From Octopus sinensis (Eukaryota): a stretch of 64,000 nucleotides of DNA. Numbering within the stretch: the stretch's first letter is position 1; each line of letters begins with the position of its first letter. The stretch covers positions 14,012,001 through 14,076,000 of the forward strand of contig NC_043008.1 in NCBI RefSeq assembly GCF_006345805.1, in the 5' to 3' direction. Position numbers and translations under genes: made by a program. Shown piece by piece: positions 35,156 to 49,211 of this stretch. The notes under the pieces were generated by a model, which did not search any database, was not told where the DNA came from, and saw only the letters and a list, made by a program, of their open reading frames with translations.

Positions 35156-36751
35156 ATTGTCTCTATGGTACAAGTAACAAGAACTAAATGTGAAATGTAG
35201 TCTTCATGCTGATGCTAACAAACCCGGGTGTTGAAGGTTTTTGTCTGCATGCTTTTTGTTTTGTTAAGAAATGTTCGGTGTTATAAATATCTTCTCTGTT
35301 TTATTGTTTACAACTGGGATGGGACGTTGTTGGTTTTGTATATATTCCCTTCATTTTATTGTTAACAAGTGTTCTCAGTTAGACACAGACTCCATGTAAT
35401 AAAACTAAATGAACATTAACAAGAGAAGTGTGTTAGAAAGTGAGCATGATGTGTAGATCAGGTGATATAAATTCTGTACATATTCAGCATGTGACAGGTG
35501 TTAGAAACAATTATGTTAGAAACAATGCTATATAAATTTTGAAATCATTTATAGCATGAACCTGTTGTTTGCGTATTGTCTCTTTTTTTTTGGATTTTTC
35601 TTTCTTCTTTTTTTGTTTGGTATTTCCTGATGAGATATAACTTGTAGTTTTAAAAGTGTCATATATTACTAGAGTTAACCGTCGTAAATACACTCAACTG
35701 GATATTTATAAATATGCATTCCAACGCGTATTAAATTTCAGTCTAGTGAGTTAGTTGTTAATCTCTACATTTATGTTAACAAGGGATGAATTATAAGAAT
35801 ATTCTGAATAAAAGATGAATGACAGAAATATATGCTCTCCACGTTATTATCAAGTGTTCACTATTAAAATTTGTTTCCAAATTATTGGTAACAAATATCC
35901 GATAGTATGAAAATTTTCTCCTTTATATTGTTAGTAAATATTGCTTGTAGATATAATTATTAACAACGTTTGACTATCAGAGGTACTCTCTATAGTGCAG
36001 TAAACAAGAACTACATGGTGTACATTTAATTTGTGTCATTTTTACCATTATACATGTTGCAAGATTCCCTTCTTAATCACACGTCTACTTTTATTATGTT
36101 CGATAACGTTTGGTTTATTCCTTCGCCTATTTAATTAGAAGCATGTGTTACAAAGCTTTCTCGTGTTGCTTTAAACATCAAATGCTATAATTCGGCGAAC
36201 CGTTAAATGCCGAGGCTGTCGCTGAAATTACACCCTTAATCACACTATTAATCAAATTGCTTTAATGAGACGAAAGTTTTGGAGTAGAAAGGGCATTAGC
36301 TAATGTACCTACGTCTTTGATCCTGGTTTGCCAGCGTGTAATAGAGTCGGTCTTTGCTAAATAACTACAAGAGAGTTTATTAAGAGTTGACTTGGTGATA
36401 TTACTTTGAGGGAGACAGGCATGTTAGGTATCTCAGCATAGATGATAGCATTGTTAATAAGATTACAAGGTTAGGAAGTTGAGGTGTTATAGTGTTAGTC
36501 GTAAACTAGACAGTTATGGTGGTTTAGAACCGAAGTAAAGCACAACGCCAGTTGACCTCGCAATGTGACGATTTTGTGCAGCCGTTTGGGCGCTGACAAT
36601 ATGGCGCGGCTGAGTGGACATTCAGCTTGACATGGTGACAATACTACTTTTGTGGCAGTGGAGAAAAACACCGCTCCACACACACACACACACAAACACA
36701 CCCAAAGACAAGCACACACATTACGTGTGATGGAAACAACCATATCCATTT

Positions 36752-37140
36752 AAGGCGGTGAGCTGGCAGAAACGTTGGCACGCCGGGCGAAAGGGTTAGC
36801 GATATTTATTCTGCCACTACTTAGTTCAAATTCCGCCGAGGTCGATTTTGCCTTTCATCCTTTCGGGATCGATACATTAAGTACCAGTTAAGCACTGGAG
36901 TCGGTATACTCGACTAAATCCGTTTGTCTGTCTTTGTATGTCTCTTCTGTGTTTAGCCCACTGTGGGTAGTAAAGAAATATGTATTTCGTCTGTCTCTAT
37001 GTTCTGAGTTCAAATTCCGCCGAGGTCGACTTTGCCTTTTATCCTTTCGGGGTCGATAAATTAAGTACCGTTTGCTTACTGGAGTCGATCTAATCGACTG
37101 GGTCCCTCCCCCAAAAATTCGCTCCTTGTGCCTAGAGTAG
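36752..37140 (+). mobile_element. Dimeric SINE family C
   Basis: Head AAGGCGGTGAGCTGGCAGAAACGTTGGCACGCCGGGCG plus two body units. Confidence 0.9.
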
Positions 37141-37922
37141 AACATATTATTGCTTTCTATTAATCCTGCAAAATCCGGGAACTATTTATCTATTTTCAAT
37201 ATTTCATAGCAATTGCTTTTCATAAATGATTATCAACATTTTTATAGTTAATATTAGTTTCATACATTTGAAATTGTAATTTTGTGATTAACAGAAATCG
37301 ATATATACCTAACATGATTTCGGTATCTCTTTTGATTTAATAAACAGCATTTATACTTTATTTTATTCAACAAGGATTTGGATGTTTTCAATATCTATCT
37401 TGTTATATTTTACAAGAAACTGGTGCTACATAAATCTACATCTTGTTATATCACTCGTGAAATAATATAATAGCAATATCTGTTTACCGATTTCTTACCT
37501 TTACAGCATGCATGGTTCTTTCATCAATTATCTTACTTATCTCTCTTTGCAAGATAGTTTCGAAAGCTGTTGCTTGTAATCTCAAGATCAAACCTTTATA
37601 TTGTCGTTACCAATGTTTCTCTCAGGTGTTTTATCTCATTGTATCATTTACATTCTTCCTGTTATTTTTTTTTATCACATAGCTATAGCCACCATCTCTC
37701 ATAGCTGCAATCTGTTATCTCAACATCAGCCTTTCATATAATTATCATCAGTGATTCTTTTTTAGTTCTTTTATCTCGTTGTACCTATGTTATCATCCTT
37801 ATAAGTGTTGTGTGTAACCATTTGTTCCTTATTCTCTTAAAACTATGATTTCTCTGATGTTCTGTTTACTCAAAATGTATCATCTTACGCATTATTTTGA
37901 TTGGTTTGTCCATTATCAGTAG

Positions 37923-38068
37923 ACTCCCTATGCTGTGACTACGAAGGCCACATATTGTTACGAAGACGACATTCAGACAAATAAAATTGTCCCAGATTAT
38001 CCCAGTGCGTATCTTTCTTACCTTAATAGATATGAATTCACTGATGTATGGCCGCAATCCGGAACCAA
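37923..38068 (+). CDS. Candidate internal coding exon, unknown protein (TPYAVTTKATYCYEDDIQTNKIVPDYPSAYLSYLNRYEFTDVWPQSGT)
   Basis: 48 open codons lie between the acceptor ...TTTGTCCATTATCAGTAG| and the donor AA|GTAAGA, in unique sequence that is GC-richer than its flanks. No homolog was recognised. Confidence 0.4.
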
Positions 38069-38769
38069 GTAAGAAAAAAATCAAGAACGAAATCACTCGT
38101 AAGCATTTAAATTGTTGCACTGTTCTCTTCTCTTGAATAGTTGATTCCTTTTGGAAACCTCTATGTATGTTGTAGTCTCATAGTACGGTATTGTGTGCAG
38201 GTGTATGCGTGTTGTTTAGCTATTATAGTACTATGCGTGGTTCCTGATAATATGTAGTTGTGGTAGTGTAAATCACATATTTTATACTTCATCTTTCTTA
38301 TGCCTGGTTCAAACAAAAACATTCAACCATCTTTTTTAAATTTACAAATGTTATCACCATTTTCCAGGTACCATCAACCAATATTTAGAGCTTTGGTGTA
38401 TTACACCCTACTTCAGGAATATTGCTTTATAATTCAAGAAATATCTTTAAGTTTAGCCAACAAATGCATTTAAATTTTGAATTGTAATTGTGACATGTGT
38501 TAAGAAATAGACTGATTTCTAAATATGGACTATATATTTTCCTTTTGTGAGAAGGCAACTAATCTTTGGATTATCAATTCCTTTATTTGTTTTCAGTCAG
38601 ACTGCGGCCATACTGGAGCACCACCAACATCTTCTTTATATTTTACAGGGGTTAAGTATTACCAGCATTGATGTAATTGATGGGAACTGAGCTATATATT
38701 TCAGATTTTAATAATATATACTTACTCGTCGTATTTCAACAAAAGCCTTAGATATTATTAGAAGACTTA

Positions 38770-38990
38770 TGAAATCGCAGAGTCGGAAGAAATGTTGCAT
38801 GCCGAGCAAAATGCTTAGCAGCATTTCGCCCGGCTTTACGATCAGAGTTCAAATTCCGCCGAGGTCGATTGTGCCTTTCATCCTTTCGGGGGTCAGTAAA
38901 ATAGATACCAGTTAAACACTGGGGTCGATATAATCGACTTACCCCGTCCCTGAAACTGCTGGCTTAATGCCAAAATTTGAAACAGTTATT
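38770..38990 (+). mobile_element. SINE family C monomer
   Basis: GAGTTCAAATTCCGCCGAGGTCGATTGTGCCTTTCATCCTTTCGGGGGTC. Confidence 0.8.
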
Positions 38991-39499
38991 AGCATGCTCC
39001 TGTTCGCATTCTGGAATTATTTGATAATATGGCAGACTACACTTTGCTACATTTATCATAAAGTATTGATACAATACTGATATCTGTTCAAATACTATGG
39101 TCATGGTTTTCCCCCTTTTTTCTAATCTGCCGACTATTTTACTATTACTGTCGTTATCTCTTCAACTTTTCATGGTTCTTTCAACTCTTATCATTTCATC
39201 TGTCTACAACATCATTCTTATGTATGTTGTCTGTTATCTACGCAGAAGCCTTTTATATATAACTGTTCGTGATGTTTTATCTTATTGTACCTACACAGTT
39301 ATATTTATCGTTATATATGCTCTCTGTCGGTTTTTAAGCTATGTTTCTTTAAACCTATCTTTAGGTGTGGGCGTTCTCTTAGTGTAAATATATATTTACA
39401 CAAAATATATTGTCGATACACAGAAATGCATCATTAGAGAGGACTCTATGAACATCAAACGTACTTCCAACAGCAAAGCCTCTGCTATTTAAATAATAA

Positions 39500-40130
39500 T
39501 AATGAAATTATTGTATACAGTGCTCAGGTGCACCACAACTTGTCAGAGTATATGCAGTAATGTACAAATGTCTGGAAAGCGAACAATGCATGAGTCAGAT
39601 ACATGCTTGTGTGTGTATGGAGGGGAGAAAATCAGGTGTAGTGTTGGCGAATCTCAGAAAGCATGGAAGTTTTGAAGGATGCAGTGCTCCGACAACTAAC
39701 AACTGATGCCGGCAGTTTGTTTCATGCTTCAGCAACTCTCAGCGAGAAAAAATGTTTCCTGAAGTCATGGGAGCTGTGCTGTTTTCTGACTTTGTAAATA
39801 TGTCCACAGGTGTTAGATGGGTGGAGTTGGAACTACCCACGTTTGATAAGTTCACGGCTTACGTCCAAGCAGCGCAAAGTTATACGTCCCGCACCATTTA
39901 TCCAAATTCACATTATGGTTTTCTGTACACATTACATGATGTATGATATGTCAGCGTTGTACCAATGATTCCAAGTCTTGTCAGATCTTTGCAGTGTAAG
40001 CTCAGACCATCGGCCACGAAAGTGTCATGCAGGAATTCTAACAATAAGGCAGCCCTCCGCAAAGCGTTTCCTCCACATGTCTTTTGGTCAATATGGTATG
40101 AACTACCAAAATTGTCACGCAGTAGTATCG
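39500..40130 (-). mobile_element. CR1 LINE 3' fragment
   Basis: The minus strand gives HDFRKHFFSLRVAEA*NKLPASVVSCRSTASFKTSM (39769 to 39632). This is the FFS.RV...WN.LP...FK C-terminal signature of CR1 ORF2, with W mutated to a stop. Confidence 0.85.
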
Positions 40131-40456
40131 AACTTTGGTTGATAAATTACTACATTAATCATGTAGATTTGTCTGTGGTTTTGCTTCTTTTATTTATATT
40201 AGGTCCATTAAGTTTGGACTTTTCTTGTACAGTATTTTTTTGAGGGGGTGAAGTAGAAGGGACATTACGCAATATACTGCCTGCTGTTTCATGTTTATGT
40301 TTAATAATGGGTCCTCAGTTTATATAATTAATACATTGCTTGCTCTCTCTGTTTTGCATTGTACTGGAAAGGTTGTTGCCTCTTTAATGTGTACAATAAA
40401 TAATCGATATTTGGATACTGTAACCAGGCGTGAAAGAGAATATGTTTACATTTCAG

Positions 40457-40544
40457 CGAAGCTTCAAAGCAGAAGAAACAGTCCCATTTCACCCAAAAGA
40501 AGAAAAGATATCGTTTAAGAATTTACCTACATAATGTAGCATGA
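40457..40544 (+). CDS. Candidate terminal coding exon (frame unresolved)
   Basis: The acceptor TGTTTACATTTCAG| is followed by RSFKAEETVPFHPKEEKISFKNLPT* (phase 0) or EASKQKKQSHF..NVA* (phase 2). AT-rich unique sequence follows, with AATAAA near 41100. Confidence 0.3.
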
Positions 40545-41507
40545 GATCTAATATGTACAGGAGTGTTACTGTTAGACATTGATATTAATATATCTGCTTT
40601 TGAAGAGCTGATCTAATTCTGAAAATATAATACATATTCAGAGTTTGTCATTTTCTGAACAGAGTAATAACATAAAATCTAAACCAAAAACAATGTAGAA
40701 GCCGTATAAAGCATACCAGCTTCAGTGACAACGATGAAAGACATATCTATGAGCTATTTTGAATAATTAGTAATTAGCATGCATTTGTGTTCAGTTTTGC
40801 ACAAACTACTTTTTAACTCTAGGGTGTCTAGCTATTAAGTATTTGTTTATTTATTTTTTCTTCTCGTTTTTTGCCAAATGTTTGGAAAATTCTATTTACT
40901 CTTTTCAAATTGTATAGAGATATAAGTTAAAATTAAAGTTTACAGTTCAACGTTACAGTATTATTAAATCACATATTACATACACTATAGAGACTCGGGG
41001 AAAGAAAAAGACAAAATTATTTATTTATTTTTTGCCTCGTATATCCGAAGTATATTTCTCTCTTCTTTTATACAAAAACAGTTGCCAAACAATGTGATTT
41101 AATAAATCAATCAACAATTTTATAATTTTTTCTTTTTTTAGTTAAAGAAATTTTTTTTTATCAAAGTTGCATATTACCACTCTTTTTTTATATATTTTTA
41201 AAACTTAAATAAATATTTTCAAAAATTTGTTGAAAAATAATGCAACTAGTCACTGTTGTGATATAGATCAACTTTTGCTTAGATAATATTTGTCATATAT
41301 TTCCTTTTTTTCCCCCAATTTTCAGTTGACTATTGAAAAAAAATATATATAATTTGTCTATAGCTGAATTATTTGGTGTAACAGGAAAGCAATTTTCCAA
41401 AGTAAATAATAAAAGAAAATGTTTGGAAAATAACTGAATAGTTGGATAAATGTCAAGCAGAATATTCCTGTAGACCAGACTTCATGTGTGTTCATATGTG
41501 TGTATTG

Positions 41508-41569
<62 letters not shown>

Positions 41570-41717
41570 TACATACTTACATACTCATGTGTAAAATAAT
41601 GAACAACTTAAAGAAAAATCTTTAGAAAATATTGTATTTTTTTCGAGCCAAAATCTATAAAATCGAGAGACATGATCATAAATAAAGGCGATATGTGAGA
41701 TTAGATTATACATCATA

Positions 41718-41781
<64 letters not shown>

Positions 41782-42184
41782 CGTGTGTGTGTGTGTGTGT
41801 CTGTAAGCAGCCGTTGATGTACATGAACGGAAGAAAACTACTGAAAAGCGAAGTTAAGTTTAGAGACGTATTTCAGATGATCCAGCAACGTATTTCTCTG
41901 GAGTTTATCCTCGACGGGCGGTTAGCGATTCAGACACGTAAAGCGAAACATTGCGCAACAGGTTTTCACATGTTGCTAGACAGAACCAACAACGTAATTG
42001 ACTCATAGACTGATTGACTGATCGGCAAAACTATGGAAGAAATAGACTCTTTTTAAAAGTGGAACTTGAAGTAGAGGAAGCTATAAACAATATCCTGTAA
42101 CTATTCGTATAAAACGTACGACTGTGTTATTAGAGCTTTGCTCTTTCTCTGTGTTTTCGCCAGGTTTGCTACAAACGCGTCTCA

Positions 42185-42317
42185 TTTTATTCTTTTATTC
42201 GTTTTCTTGCTTCAGTTTTTTTGACTGCGGCCATGTTGGAGCATCGCTTTGCAGGGTTGTAGTCGAACAAATCGTCCCCAGGTCCTATTATTTTAAGCCG
42301 AGTACTTATTGTATCGG

Positions 42318-42394
<77 letters not shown>

Positions 42395-42535
42395 CAAAAC
42401 GCGCTTCTTTCAGTTTCCGTCAACCATATCCACTCACAAAGTTTTGATCGGCCACAGGCTATAATGGAAGACACCTGGTGAAGGTGTCACGCAGTGAGAC
42501 TGAACCTGGAATCATGTGGTTGTGCAGCAAGCTTC
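42185..42535 (-). mobile_element. SINE family B
   Basis: Reverse-complement match to 28128-28525 with an internal deletion. Confidence 0.85.
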
Positions 42536-42589
42536 TTTATTTCATTACATTTGTTATAAAGGCATAATACAGATGAAAGCTTGCGGGCT

Positions 42590-43620
42590 GGACACAGACA
42601 CAATGATGATGATGGAATGAAAAAAGAGATGTCTGGTGGAGGAAGCAGCCAACGCCCGCCAATTGTTACTTCTCGATAGCATTGTTCTTTTTTAAAAACA
42701 TAAATGAGGTGTTGAACCTCTTACAATAATTAAATATTGAGGTGCTGAGCCCCTTACCAATCATAAAAAAGTTCAGCAAATATATTCAACTTGAGGCCAT
42801 AAGCTTCTTACCAAATCACCAAGTTCGAATCGAGGCACTAATATCTCTTACTCTACCTCCCCGATAAAGTCTCTTACCGCCTGCAGGCAAGCGGGCAGTC
42901 GCAACCCGGGGCTACAGAAAAGATAATTGTATTCATCCTTGGTAAAGGAATCTGTCACCTTGTAGAAATAATTTTTTTCCATGACCTCCGCAGGCCCCTT
43001 CCTTAAGACAGAAGATCACAAATTCCTCATTTATCATACTATGAGGGGCTGTCCCTTTCTTTTTCTTATTTTCTTCTTGTCTTTGAGACAGGAGGGGATG
43101 GTTCCTTGGCTTTAACCGAAGGATCATCCCTCTTGCAGCTTTAGGGTCCTTCGGTAAGCGACCACTGTTGCCCACGTTCTTTCTTTTAGTCCCCTTTTCC
43201 TCCGGGGAGGTCTCTACCTACTCGACTACGTCTATCTCTCCATCCGGAAGAGGAGGGGGCTCTTCCACGGCCAACTGTTCTAGGAACCTACTCTGGACCT
43301 GGGGACAGTTCTTTTTAATGTGGTCCGGTTCCAGACACAGGTGGCACTTGAGGGGGCCTCCCTGAAGTATCACTTTGTACCTGCAGCCAGCCATTTAAAA
43401 AAAATCTGGGAAAAAAAAAGATTCTTGGCTGATTGGATCCACAGGGTCAAAACCCAACCCAATCAGCCGCCGGCAAAATTTTAACATTTTAACATGTCTA
43501 ATTAATCTTCTATACTCCAGAACAAGCACAACAAATGATCCATTGGTTTTCTTACAAATATCTTCTAGTCCTTGTACTATTTCTTTATATTCATGTACCA
43601 TAATGCTTTAAATCGGATTC
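42590..43620 (-). mobile_element. Gag/ORF1-like element with CCHC zinc knuckle, no RT
   Basis: One minus-strand frame (43601 to 42933, 223 codons) has two in-frame stops (43395-43397 and 43218-43220). It contains YKVILQGGPLKCHLCLEPDHIKKNCP (CX2CX4HX4C at 43305-43346). The non-coding 3' region ends in (CAT)n. Confidence 0.75.
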
Positions 43621-43823
43621 ATTTTAGCTACATCGATACCTAACTCTAATTTGCACTACAAATATGTACTCTAGAACAACTACGAAATATGCCTTTTATT
43701 GTTTCTGTATGTGTCTACGCGTGTTTGTAGAAGAAGATAGAGCTGCATAGTCCATAATTTGGCGCATGCGTGACTGTATGATAAGAAACTTGTTCCCCAA
43801 CTGCATGGCTTTATATCCCGCCG

Positions 43824-43857
<34 letters not shown>

Positions 43858-43974
43858 CTTGATCACCGTGACCAACCAGGCTATCAGATGTTGCTGCACA
43901 TCGCTGGTCACAATGCGTTTCGCATTGTTTTAGCATTTAAATGACGCCACCCCGCTGGCCAAGCGAGCAGGCCA

Positions 43975-44040
<66 letters not shown>

Positions 44041-44063
44041 TACACACACTAATATATACATAA

Positions 44064-44096
<33 letters not shown>

Positions 44097-44204
44097 ACAA
44101 AGGGTAACATTAATCAATTTATAATTAATAATCTTTTCAAGTAGTTTGGTATGTTAAAAGAATCATTATCGGTAAACTAATACAAACATTTTATAATTAT
44201 TAAT

Positions 44205-44291
44205 ATAATTATAATTAGGGTTTAGCAAAATTGATTTACTACATACCAATTTCGGTATGAAGCAATTTTGCTAAACCCTAATTATAATTAT
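44205..44291. mobile_element. Miniature foldback related to the 15529/31806 arms
   Basis: Perfect 29-bp arms ATAATTATAATTAGGGTTTAGCAAAATTG / CAATTTTGCTAAACCCTAATTATAATTAT with inner CATACC-AATTTC-GGTATG. Confidence 0.85.
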
Positions 44292-44303
44292 GCTTATAAT
44301 TAT

Positions 44304-44343
<40 letters not shown>

Positions 44344-44480
44344 ACTGGACGTGAAGACGGACGAAATGCCGCCAAGTATTTTCCCGGCGCGGTAATGATT
44401 CTAGCAGCTCGCCGCCCTTTTAGATATAAAATCTCATGTACATGTACACGCATACATGTACGAAGTTGAGTGTGTATGTA

Positions 44481-44511
<31 letters not shown>

Positions 44512-44597
44512 GCACGCACTCATACCCGTATATACACATATAAGCTATTAAATTTCTAACTATCATGAAACTTATGATATACATTATGTATATACAT

Positions 44598-45006
44598 AGG
44601 CGCAGGAGTGGCCGTGTGGTAAGTAGCTTGTTTACAGCCACATGGTTCCGGGTTCTGTCCCACTGCGTGGCACCTTGGGCAAGTGTCTTCTACTATAGCC
44701 TCGGGCCGACCAAAGCCTTGTGAGTGGATTTGGTAGACGGAAACTGAAAGAAGCCCGTCGTATATATGTATATATATATATATGCATGTGTGTGTTTGTG
44801 TGAGTGTGTTTGTCCCCCTAGCATTGCTTGATAACCGATGTTGGTGTGTTTATGTCCCAGTTACTGAGCGGATCGGCAAAAGAGACCGATAGAATAAGTA
44901 CTGGGCTTACAAAAGAATATGTCCCGAGGTCAAGTTGCTCGATTAAAGGCGGTGCTCCAGCATGGCCGCAGTCAAATGACTGAAACAAGTAAATGAGTAA
45001 AAAGAG
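44598..45006 (+). mobile_element. SINE family B, full length
   Basis: Collinear with 28128-28525. Confidence 0.92.
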
Positions 45007-47809
45007 AGTATACATTTCTCAACAGTAAATTAACGTATTATAATGTAAAGCGCGCCGGCAAAAATGCTGTGCGCCATTTTGTCCGTCTTTGTGTTCAGAG
45101 CTCACATCCCGCCGATGTCGACTTTGTTTTTCTTCCGTTCAGAATCTGTAGAATAAGTACCAGTTTAGTACTAGTGGCCGTGTACCAAACTTTGAAAGTA
45201 ATATATCACAATGTTTGCTTTTATTCATAATCTATAGTATTCTGCAGCCTTGAGATGCATTTTTGCACAGACGTATTTAGTTTATAAGAGAATTATCAGG
45301 TCTCAAACTAAATTTTAAATATACTAATCTGAAGAGTCGAACATCTAGAATTATCTGTAAATAGACAGTAATCTGATTTTGAAACGTCGGATAGCGAACG
45401 CACAAAATGTTGTTCTTGTTCATTCTGTAAATTCTAACTGATAATTTCAAGCGCATTTATTTTGCAAAAATCAATAAAATTGTGAATTGTGTGATTTTCA
45501 ACAGAATTTACAACATACAACTATCAGTAAAAATCTATGCAAAAACAACTTGAAAAAATCTTTCATTCACAAAACTTCATTTTATCGCATTTGATTTTCA
45601 TCAATGTTTCTCGGTAACTATGCAACATCAAAACAACTCCTTGCTTCGATTTCATTTTATATTTCAAAATAATTTTTTTTTATGAATTTTTCATGGATTT
45701 CCCTCACTAAATATCAACAACTCAACGAGAAGAACAAAAATTCAACGAAGAAACTGGATAACATTCTAGCATTACATTAGCATCGAACAAACATATATAC
45801 TCTAAAATAGTACGTTTGCGCCTATGTGTGGCTGCAGCGTACATGGCTAGACTGCTAGTTTCATATCATTATAGAATGTTGGTGCAATGAACTTTTGAAG
45901 CGACAAAATAGGTGATCCGTATTTCTATTGTATTTGCTGAAGAAAACAAGATAGAAAAACGTATCTTTAAAATCTGCGACAATGTACTGACATAAACTTT
46001 CAGGTTTCTATAATTATCTATTGGATAATTGTAGAATTAATATACTGCGCAGTTTCAATTAGGTGAGCTAGGATGACATATTAGCAAAGCTAATCATTGT
46101 TTTTATAATTTTGTTAAAGACAATCATATACTTTCAACACTAAGTTTTGAGATCCTCTGATGATATTTCCAAAATATTTTTGAACAAAGACTCCAATTTC
46201 AATGTTAAGTGATAGCTGACGATTTCGCCCACACACATGGAAATGCACAAACATTGATTGAGTCGTGTAGTAGTAAGTTACTGAAACAGATTTCCGTTTC
46301 CTTTGTCTCACATATTTTCTTCTGAAAACATTACACTACAAATGTTCAGGTTGTTCATAAGCCTTATCAATCTCTCTAATCTAAACGAGGATGAAAAAGC
46401 CATGTGCACTATTACGTCTTTACTGTCTCGCACATTGAATTTTCGTTGGACGTGAAATATTTCTCTTCTTACTTCAAATATGAGAGGGGCTTACTTCCAT
46501 TTAATTCTTTCATTACTAATAAATTTATATTCTAGGCAAGTATTTCGGCCATGTTAATCGATAGAAGCGTATTGATCCGTGCCTGTATATCAAAATAATT
46601 AGGTACCATTCAATAAATAATATTTGTGGACCCAACATGTGACGAAGAGTTTCGTGAGATGATACCCATTCTCTATTGACTGGCATTTTACATGGACGTC
46701 AATGGTACAAAAGATTTTTTTCGTAAAGATGCTCCATGTTAGGCTACGGTTTTTCGGAACACGGCTCTTTGGAAGCACAAACACTGCTTGTATTTGAGAG
46801 CTGATTACGACCATTCACTTGATGGAAATGCTCAGAAATAAAGAAACTACTATCAACGTTAATAATAAAGTATTGAGCATTCATCTTTTTTTTTTTTTTT
46901 ACCATATTTCATGAAGTGCAATGTAGACGTATATTTAAAAGGGATTGCTACCATTAATTTAAGTGGATATATTTGAAAAGGATTCTTAAAGTTTCTTGCG
47001 AATTATTTTAGATTTTCAGCAACTTACAAGTGATACTATAGTTACTTGTGAGTTCCATCTCTGTTCTGATAACAACAGCTCTAACCGTAGGCACATTTAT
47101 TCAGATACTGCATAACATTCCCTACTATACCGATCATTCTTTTCTATAACAGTAGAATACGATTTTTCTAGCCAGCCAAGTGATAGCGTAGATGCTCCAG
47201 TATAGGCTAGTACTCTTTAGAGTTGAATATCATTCGGTGGTCATCTATGCGTCTATTGATCTATGTACAAAAACCTCGCAACCATGGTTGTCCGGTATCT
47301 TTGATATATATTTCAGTACATCATAAAAGCTTGTGTGTAGGCGCGTGGCTTACGGGCCAGGGCGTAGTGTTCATGAACATAAAAGTGTGGTTTCGTTACC
47401 TGAAGCAGGAGAGACAGTGTATTCTTGATCTCAACACGCCATTACATGTTACACCGAGCTGGTAAAATTAAGTATTCCTGCGACTGACCAGATGTACAGT
47501 GTAGAGTATACAGCCCACAGAATCTGAAAAACTACCCAAATGAGTCTACATGACGCGGGAAGAAGCTTTATCCTTTTATCATACAATGCCTGCTCTGCAT
47601 GATTTCATTAAATTTGAACAAGGTTAAGCTGGCAATTTCGCAGATCAAGTTACCCAGTTAATAACATCGCTTACAAGTCGTGTGTCAGTCTAAACACCAC
47701 TGCATTAACAATATTCTCGAGTATTCCTTTCTCATTCACCTGCCAATCTTCAACATCCCTTGCCAGCAAACCATTAAAATTACACAATAGTATTAACCAT
47801 TCATTCTAA

Positions 47810-48220
47810 GGTGGCGTGCTCGCAGAATCATTAGGACGTTGGGAAAAATGCTTAGCGGCATTTCGTCCGTTTTTATATTCTGCGTTCAATGCGACTCAGG
47901 TCGACTTTACCTTTCATCCTGATAAAATAAGTGCCAGTTGAGGACTGGGAACGATGTAATCGACCTAGTTTCCTCCCGAAGTTGGTGACCTTGCGCCAAA
48001 ATTTGAAATCAATATTATGTACTACATTAAGACAATAGCCTGACAGAATCATTCCTATAATTATTACACTGGGCAACATGCTTAGCCATAGTTCAAATCC
48101 CACCGAAGCCGAGATATTACCTGTTATCCCTTCGGGAACGATGAATTAAATGTCAGTTGAACACAGGGGTCGATGTAATCCACTTACCTACACATCCCCT
48201 CAAAATTGCTGGCCTTGTGA
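47810..48220 (+). mobile_element. Two diverged SINE family C units
   Basis: AAGGTGGCGTGCTCGCAGAATCATTAGG...CTTTCATCCTGATAAAATAAGTGCCAGT, with a second unit from about 48070. Confidence 0.65.
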
Positions 48221-48553
48221 CAAAAGCTGAATTCAATATTTACCATTCCTCATATAATTTTATTTCTTCCAAGCATGTTTGGTTACAGGAATTATGTGCT
48301 GGAATATTTACAGATCACGTAATAACATATTCAAACGTTAATAGAAATATTCTGTCGAATGCGAAGATGAGGTGGATACATGTGCCTATTTCAATTTTCC
48401 TGGCAGAAATGTGGGTCTAGTTTGATTTCACAGGTGAATGACCAGCAGTAATAAAAGCAGTCAACTATGAGAGAACAGTTCCAAAAATATCAGGGACAAC
48501 AAATTTTGAAATTCTATTTACATTTACATATTTACATGCATACATATGTGTAT

Positions 48554-48592
<39 letters not shown>

Positions 48593-48654
48593 AGTGTGTA
48601 TTTGTGTGCGAGTATGTATGTGTCAATATCTGTCTGTGTATGTATGTATGTATG

Positions 48655-48692
<38 letters not shown>

Positions 48693-48761
48693 TACAAATA
48701 CATATATGGTTGTGTAGGATATATAGATGGATAGGTAGATAGGTATGTGTACATATTTACG

Positions 48762-48832
<71 letters not shown>

Positions 48833-49144
48833 ATATATATGTATATATATATAATATATATATATCATGATCTATATAATGTGCAGTAGATATGTGTGTT
48901 GTATTTGTGTATGTATGTGAGTGAGTGTGTCTGTGTCCGTGTGCATATGTATGTACATTCATATATATATATATGTATGTATAGGATCATGTTCATGCAT
49001 ACACGTATACATGTATTTATTGTTTTCTGTAGAAGGTTTCTCTTTCATGTGTAACATTGAAATACAGATCTTTATTGTTTTATTTTATTCCATTCGTTTG
49101 TTCATAAGCATACATATATGCATAAATACATACATAAGTGTATA

Positions 49145-49211
<67 letters not shown>

